64,000 nucleotides of DNA from Bacilli bacterium. GTDB taxonomy: Bacteria; Bacillota_I; Bacilli_A; RFN20; CAG-826. The DNA is taken from NCBI GenBank assembly GCA_045130875.1, contig JBGUQI010000022.1, forward strand, positions 22,125 through 86,124, given 5' to 3'. Each line of letters opens with the position of its first letter. Positions within the stretch are counted from its first letter, which is position 1. The notes beneath the pieces were generated by a model. The model was not told the origin of the DNA. It was given only the letters and a program-made list of their open reading frames with translations, and made no database searches. The position numbers were made by a program, and so were the translations under genes. Shown here piece by piece: positions 59,520 through 64,000 of this stretch.

Positions 59520-59610
59520 GGAGAAGTACCCAAGAGGCTGAAGGGGGCAGTTTCGAAAACTGCTAGGGGATGCAAGTCCCGCATGGGTTCGACTCCCATC
59601 TTCTCCGCCA
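59520..59610 (+). tRNA. tRNA-Ser (anticodon CGA), long variable arm, CCA encoded
   Basis: GGAGAAG..GCAGT-TTCGAAA-ACTGC..ATGGGTTCGACTCCCAT-CTTCTCC-G-CCA. 91 nt. Confidence 0.9.
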
Positions 59611-59620
59611 CTAAAAAAAT

Positions 59621-59648
59621 ACAGGACATTATGTCCTGTTTTCTTTAT
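59621..59648. terminator. rho-independent terminator (bidirectional context)
   Basis: Stem acaggac/gtcctgt flanked by an A7 run and a T-run. Confidence 0.75.
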
Positions 59649-60673
59649 TCAACTGGTTTAATGAAGAAGTTACCATATACCTGTACCAAAGCGGTAACAG
59701 AGATAAAGGCATTGGGGTCAACCTTGTGGGCTAAAGAGATAACACTTTTAACCTGCGATGATGACACAACCATATAGACGATTTTCTTCGTTGCGTGACT
59801 GTAGGCACCTTCACCAGTAACCACTGTCGCGCCATGCGGGAAGTTAGCGATTAATACTGGGGCCATATAGTCATTCGTGGTGATGATTTGCACCTGCATC
59901 TTCTTGTTTCTAAGGTTGATGCTATCAATGACTAAATTAACCACAAATAGATAAGTTACAGAGAAGAAGAAGGCGACAACACCATCGGCCCATTCTGAGC
60001 CAGAAGTCACCACTAAAACGACGGAATATGTGGTAATAACTATACCATTTATCATAATTCCGTATTTTCCAATGCTTGTTGATTTTCTTAAAGCGAAGTA
60101 ATAAGAGAAGACATCAATGCCACCACAGGAGATATCAGCACGATAAGCTAAAGCGCTAGAAAGGCCGACCATTGTGGCGCCGAATAAAACTCTCACTAAT
60201 ACGTGATCAAAGATTAGAGGATTATTAGAGATTTGATCAATGATAAAGGCTGCTCTAAACGGAGAATTAGAGAATAGGAAAATGAATAAGGATGATAAAC
60301 CTACATTTATGCCAGTATATACAGCGAACTTCTTACCGATTTTGAAGAAAGCAAATAACACGATTGGGATGTTCACGACAAAGTACGCGATAGAGATAAT
60401 CGTATTACCTGTCATCCATTCAGGGGCGCCGACATTACGCAAAACAAGGGCGATTGTCTGTGATACACCTGACACACCACCAGTAGCGATGTGAAGCCCT
60501 TCTACGCCATCTTTCACACCTGGAGAGATAAAAGCGGTAAATCCAAAAGCAAAAATTACTGCTGCAAGAACTGCGTGCAACAAAGCATTGCTATGGTTTA
60601 AAAATAGAGACAATGCTCTGTGATCAAATAAATAGTCATTTATTTTCTTTCTAATTCTGTCGCTTTTTTTCAT
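59645..60673 (-). CDS. YitT family membrane protein (with DUF2179-like C-terminal domain)
   Basis: 342 aa. Polytopic N-terminal region with GGVSGVSQ. Soluble C-terminus ATVVTGEGAYS...VYMVVS. Confidence 0.7.
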   Translation of the reverse strand: MKKSDRIRKKINDYLFDHRALSLFLNHSNALLHAVLAAVIFAFGFTAFISPGVKDGVEGLHIATGGVSGVSQTIALVLRNVGAPEWMTGNTIISIAYFVVNIPIVLFAFFKIGKKFAVYTGINVGLSSLFIFLFSNSPFRAAFIIDQISNNPLIFDHVLVRVLFGATMVGLSSALAYRADISCGGIDVFSYYFALRKSTSIGKYGIMINGIVITTYSVVLVVTSGSEWADGVVAFFFSVTYLFVVNLVIDSINLRNKKMQVQIITTNDYMAPVLIANFPHGATVVTGEGAYSHATKKIVYMVVSSSQVKSVISLAHKVDPNAFISVTALVQVYGNFFIKPVE

Positions 60674-60841
60674 ATTGACGCTTTGATATTATATCAACTA
60701 CTAAATAAAAAACAACAAAACTATTCTTTTTTGTGGTGGACTTTATGCACTGAGGTGTATAAAATACTAAATAGTTTGTTGAAATTGGACATTCTAAGTG
60801 ATAAGATTATCACGCTATATGAATATATAGGAGGCATCAAC

Positions 60842-61705
60842 ATGTTTATATTAAGAGCAATTGGTAGATTCTTCGTCCGTATCGGACGCTGGATAAAAGA
60901 CACTGCGTGGATCCAACCACTATTAATCGTCGGTGGTATCTTCGCAATTATCTTCTCCATCCCTCACTTAACCAAATGGGTCAAATCCTGGTTCACTGAT
61001 ACCAGTGCCGCTGAAAAGTATTACTCCGGTAAGAAAGTCAGTTTAAAGAACGCTGATAAAGACCATGGCAGTGACGTCGACGTCTTATTCGATTACCTCA
61101 CCGCTTTCAAAAATGGCGAAAAAGATAAATTAGCCACTGGCGAAAAGAAATTTGGTAAGAAATTCTTCCTCACACTCGTCCAAGAAGAATGCGCGGATTG
61201 TGAATCTAGATATGGTGCTTTCGAAACATTAGAGAAAAACTGGAACAGCGGTTCTCTCACTGGTTTAGATGGAGAATTCAAATTCCACACTATCTATGTC
61301 GATACCAAAAACGATGATGGCGTGAACTTATTCGAAAAAGTTTACGACAGAGATACCGTTACCGAATTATTCGAAAACTTAATTCCATATATGGCAGGTG
61401 ATGCCGGTGCGGAACACCCATACAGAAATAATATTTCCTCACCAGATAGCTACGTCTCTAACTTAGGTAACTTAACCAATAGAGAAGAGATCTCCACTCC
61501 TACAACATTCCTCGTTGACTTAACCGAGAATGCTCCAGAATGGACCAGCGAATATGGTATTAGAGAAGTCTTATTCTCCTTCGATGGTATCGGTGGAAGT
61601 GACAACATCTCTAAAGCTAGAACATTACATGACGCTTGGATCAACTATGACAAACCAGGCGAAGGAAGAAGCAACATCTTCTCTCCTGAATACAAGAAGT
61701 ACTAA
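60842..61705 (+). CDS. membrane-anchored protein with a possible thioredoxin-like CxxC (CADC) region
   Basis: ATG at 60842 after GGAGG. N-terminal TM helix. FFLTLVQEECADCESRY. Confidence 0.55.
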   Translation: MFILRAIGRFFVRIGRWIKDTAWIQPLLIVGGIFAIIFSIPHLTKWVKSWFTDTSAAEKYYSGKKVSLKNADKDHGSDVDVLFDYLTAFKNGEKDKLATGEKKFGKKFFLTLVQEECADCESRYGAFETLEKNWNSGSLTGLDGEFKFHTIYVDTKNDDGVNLFEKVYDRDTVTELFENLIPYMAGDAGAEHPYRNNISSPDSYVSNLGNLTNREEISTPTTFLVDLTENAPEWTSEYGIREVLFSFDGIGGSDNISKARTLHDAWINYDKPGEGRSNIFSPEYKKY

Positions 61706-61711
61706 AAAAAT

Positions 61712-61740
61712 AACCGCTTCGTTTGAAGCGGTTTTCTTTT
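61712..61740 (+). terminator. rho-independent terminator
   Basis: Stem aaccgcttc/gaagcggtt followed by a T-run. Confidence 0.8.
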
Positions 61741-61871
61741 GTAAAGAAAGGGATAAAATCATCCCTCTTTTTTATGCTCTATAACAACCATTATAAGACG
61801 CCAATTAATACGTAATGAGTTATCACTCATCCTACCTTATTTATATTCCTATAACTATGTTAAATGAGCAT

Positions 61872-61898
61872 TAAAAAGGACCCAACTTAATGGGTCCT
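61872..61898 (-). terminator. rho-independent terminator
   Basis: Stem aggaccca/tgggtcct followed by a T5 run on the minus strand. Confidence 0.7.
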
Positions 61899-61921
61899 AG
61901 AACTCTAGTTAAATCTTATTC

Positions 61922-63196
61922 TTATAATGCTGATTCTAACAAGATGTATAACCTGAATTCGCTATTGTAGGAATAGAACACTAATGCGACGTCTCCAGAA
62001 ACCGCAATGTAACCTATGTCGTCGTAGTATTCATCATTGAGTTCCCAATCGTTTCCGTTTAATTGAGCATAGAAAGAATCTTCAATAGCATCTTCACCAG
62101 GTGTGCCTTCATCTTCGGTAGATAAATGAAGTATTGATTCGTCACCAGCGAATTCAAAATAAAATTCCCAATAACTCTCTGATTCAGGAATGGGGAGTTC
62201 GTTTTCTAAATTACCACCCATGAGGTCGATGAATGTTTCCACGAAATCAATGGGGAATTCTTCATAAGAGAAATAGAAATCTAATTCAAAACGTTCATAC
62301 CAGGAATAGAAGAAGATATAGAAATCTAAGCCTTCAAGAGTGGCGTAATAGCCAGAAGCATCATAATGAGAATCGTCAACTGTCCAGCCAGCATCTTCTA
62401 AGATTGCTTTGTAAGCATCTTCAATGGCTTTGCCATTTGGACCAGGATTGTCACCATCTGGAGCATTGTCATCACCAGTAGAGATTTCGATATAGGAATC
62501 ACTGCCATCGAAGTCCATGTAATAACTCCATAAATTTTCACTTTCTGGTAATGGAACTTCTTCAACTTCTTCCATCAATACAGATTGAGCAAAGAAATAA
62601 TCTAAGACTTCTTGAGAAATTTCTTCAGTTTCAATATTGCTGCTGTAGAGATAAAGAACGAATTCATCATTATAGCTATAGAAGCTAAAGAGAACTTCAT
62701 CATCTTCGCTGTAAACCATATATCCGCTTGAATCATATTCAGAGTCATCGATTTCAAAGCCTTCTTCTAATAAAAGTGCCTTATAGTCATCTTCCAAAGC
62801 ATCACCAGTAGGATCAGGATTATCTTCATTTGGAGCATTGTTATCTGCTGTGTAGAGACACATATAAGGTTGGACATAATCAGAAATTTCTACCATATAG
62901 CCCCAATCTTGCTGTTCGGCGATAGAAAAAACTTCAGTATCTAATTCATAGAATTCCAAGAATTCTGCAATAGCATCATCAGGGAAACCTTCACTTTCAC
63001 CTTCATCGAAGTAGAAAAGAGGTTTTACTGGCTCTGGTTCTGGTGGAATGGACTCAGACTCAGATCCAGATTGAGATTCAGATTGTGATTCAGATTGTGA
63101 TTCTGGTTTGCTGTCATCTTTTTTGGGTGCTTTTTGACAAGCAGTTAAACCCAATAAGAGACCAGCGGATACTAACAATAATTTGTTGAGTTTCAT
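61922..63196 (-). CDS. highly acidic lipoprotein with three internal ~100-aa repeats
   Basis: Lipobox LTAC. SESQSESQSESQSGSESES linker. Three modules share ...D(N/E)..P..D..G..(A)IED.Y.A.L...GW/F...D..YD.SGY.....D....F(F)YSYN.EF.LY. Confidence 0.75.
   Translation of the reverse strand: MKLNKLLLVSAGLLLGLTACQKAPKKDDSKPESQSESQSESQSGSESESIPPEPEPVKPLFYFDEGESEGFPDDAIAEFLEFYELDTEVFSIAEQQDWGYMVEISDYVQPYMCLYTADNNAPNEDNPDPTGDALEDDYKALLLEEGFEIDDSEYDSSGYMVYSEDDEVLFSFYSYNDEFVLYLYSSNIETEEISQEVLDYFFAQSVLMEEVEEVPLPESENLWSYYMDFDGSDSYIEISTGDDNAPDGDNPGPNGKAIEDAYKAILEDAGWTVDDSHYDASGYYATLEGLDFYIFFYSWYERFELDFYFSYEEFPIDFVETFIDLMGGNLENELPIPESESYWEFYFEFAGDESILHLSTEDEGTPGEDAIEDSFYAQLNGNDWELNDEYYDDIGYIAVSGDVALVFYSYNSEFRLYILLESAL
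63046..63110 (-). repeat. in-frame 12-nt tandem repeats encoding (SESQ)n
   Basis: Plus strand gattcagattgt repeated with variants. Confidence 0.7.
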
Positions 63197-63252
63197 AAAC
63201 TTTCCTCCTTTGTTTGTATGTATATATTATATAGATTTATATATAACTATAA

Positions 63253-63280
63253 AGAAAAAACCGGTTTTTGATACCGGTTA
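63253..63280 (-). terminator. rho-independent terminator overlapping the coaD stop
   Basis: Stem aaccgg/ccggtt followed by a T6 run on the minus strand. Confidence 0.55.
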
Positions 63281-63739
63281 TTTCAATCTCTTAAGAACGC
63301 TTTCAGGGACTAGTTTAGAAACATCGACGCCCTGTTTATATAATTCCATCACCATAGAGGAATTGATAAAGCTCTTATTGTTCTTACTCATCAAGAACAC
63401 TGTGTCGATATTGCTATCGATATAATCATTCGCCGCGACTAATTGGAATTCATATTCGAAATCAGTAACTGCGCGAAGTCCTCTGATAAGGTGTTTTGCA
63501 CCATGCTTTTTTGCATAATCAACGGTTAAACCATCATAGGTATCGACGACGACTTTATCACTATTGACGGCTTCCTCGATCATGGCTTTTCTCTCTTCGG
63601 GAGAAAAACGTGATTGTTTGTTAGGATTGATCGCCACTAAAACGATGACCTTATCAAAGATACCTAAGGCTCTTTCTAAAATATCGAGATGTCCTATCGT
63701 AATAGGATCAAAACTACCGGGATAAATCGCAACTTTCAT
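63278..63739 (-). CDS. coaD: phosphopantetheine adenylyltransferase
   Basis: Start at MKVAIYPGSFDPITIGHLDI (63739) after GGAGGT. Confidence 0.93.
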   Translation of the reverse strand: MKVAIYPGSFDPITIGHLDILERALGIFDKVIVLVAINPNKQSRFSPEERKAMIEEAVNSDKVVVDTYDGLTVDYAKKHGAKHLIRGLRAVTDFEYEFQLVAANDYIDSNIDTVFLMSKNNKSFINSSMVMELYKQGVDVSKLVPESVLKRLK

Positions 63740-63741
63740 AA

Positions 63742-64000
63742 TTACCTCCACAATATGGATACTTTGGTTTCTCCATATTTATAATCTCTTCTTCTGGAGA
63801 ACAAACCATCATCGATAATGATGTCATGGTCAGTTTCCATGACGATGATAGCCCGCTCACTAATTATATTATTATTTAGTAATAAAGACACAATCTCTTC
63901 ATATTTTCCTTCTTTATAAGGAGGATCTAAGAAGACTATATCAAATACTCTTTTATTATTAATAAAATAATCAATTGCCTCTATATCACTTTTAAATATC
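63742..64000 (-). CDS. rsmD: 16S rRNA (guanine966-N2)-methyltransferase RsmD, N-terminus beyond window edge
   Basis: My translation of the minus strand reads ..VFDIVFLDPPYKEGKYEE...YKYGETKVSILWR*. It has the FLDPPY motif and the conserved rsmD-coaD gene order. Confidence 0.8.
   Translation of the reverse strand, partial: IFKSDIEAIDYFINNKRVFDIVFLDPPYKEGKYEEIVSLLLNNNIISERAIIVMETDHDIIIDDGLFSRRRDYKYGETKVSILWR

Noticed and set aside
56064-59610. Two tRNA-Ser genes in inverted orientation flanking proS and the GGDEF-EAL gene, considered as island boundaries or an invertible segment.
   Set aside because: The tRNAs are different isoacceptors with only generic tRNA-Ser similarity. No integrase or direct repeats are present. 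proS is a core gene.

Overview
AT-rich chromosomal segment with dense coding, lipobox lipoproteins and T-box/tRNA features. By inference it comes from a low-GC Bacillota or Mollicutes-like organism. About 56 CDS, 3 tRNAs and 1 T-box leader can be supported.

Housekeeping backbone:
- priA-gmk
- an NFACT/RqcH-like gene
- trmL-ppa
- a complete F1Fo ATP synthase operon (atpI-like, atpBEFHAGDC) preceded by a PPi-type phosphofructokinase
- a TGS-uridine-kinase fusion
- glpK, pepP, mrp, yigZ
- CPBP protease, TraX, trxA, tRNA-Gly
- rdgB, mtaD, T-box-tyrS, proS, coaD, rsmD

Accessory content:
- A surface-protein island at about 34.5-44.5 kb. It holds a BspA-type LRR lipoprotein, another lipoprotein, a zinc-ribbon membrane protein, and two paralogous ~900-aa proteins with a shared C-terminal tail.
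- A four-domain flavodiiron fusion plus a flavodoxin.
- A capE/capG/capF-type UDP-L-FucNAc operon. It is interrupted by a Phd/ParE toxin-antitoxin pair, and its CapE homolog carries an N-terminal HTH domain.
- A 905-aa Listeria-Bacteroides-repeat protein.
- A degenerate GGDEF-EAL membrane protein.
- Several acidic lipoproteins.

Most notable sequence-level observations:
1. None of the 56 CDS stop codons I read is TGA (45 TAA, 11 TAG). The only in-frame TGA lies inside the RqcH-like gene, at a position where B. subtilis RqcH and S. pneumoniae PavA, as I recall them, have Gln.
2. The two giant surface proteins share an N-terminal leader and a sortase-signal-like C-terminus (helical module, NN(N)S, TM helix, RKKK tail) with no LPXTG motif.
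3. Four genes have a -10 element 6-7 nt upstream of the ATG and no Shine-Dalgarno sequence, so they may be leaderless.

I saw no CRISPR array, transposase, integrase or rRNA. All family assignments come from reading motifs by eye. No database search was run.
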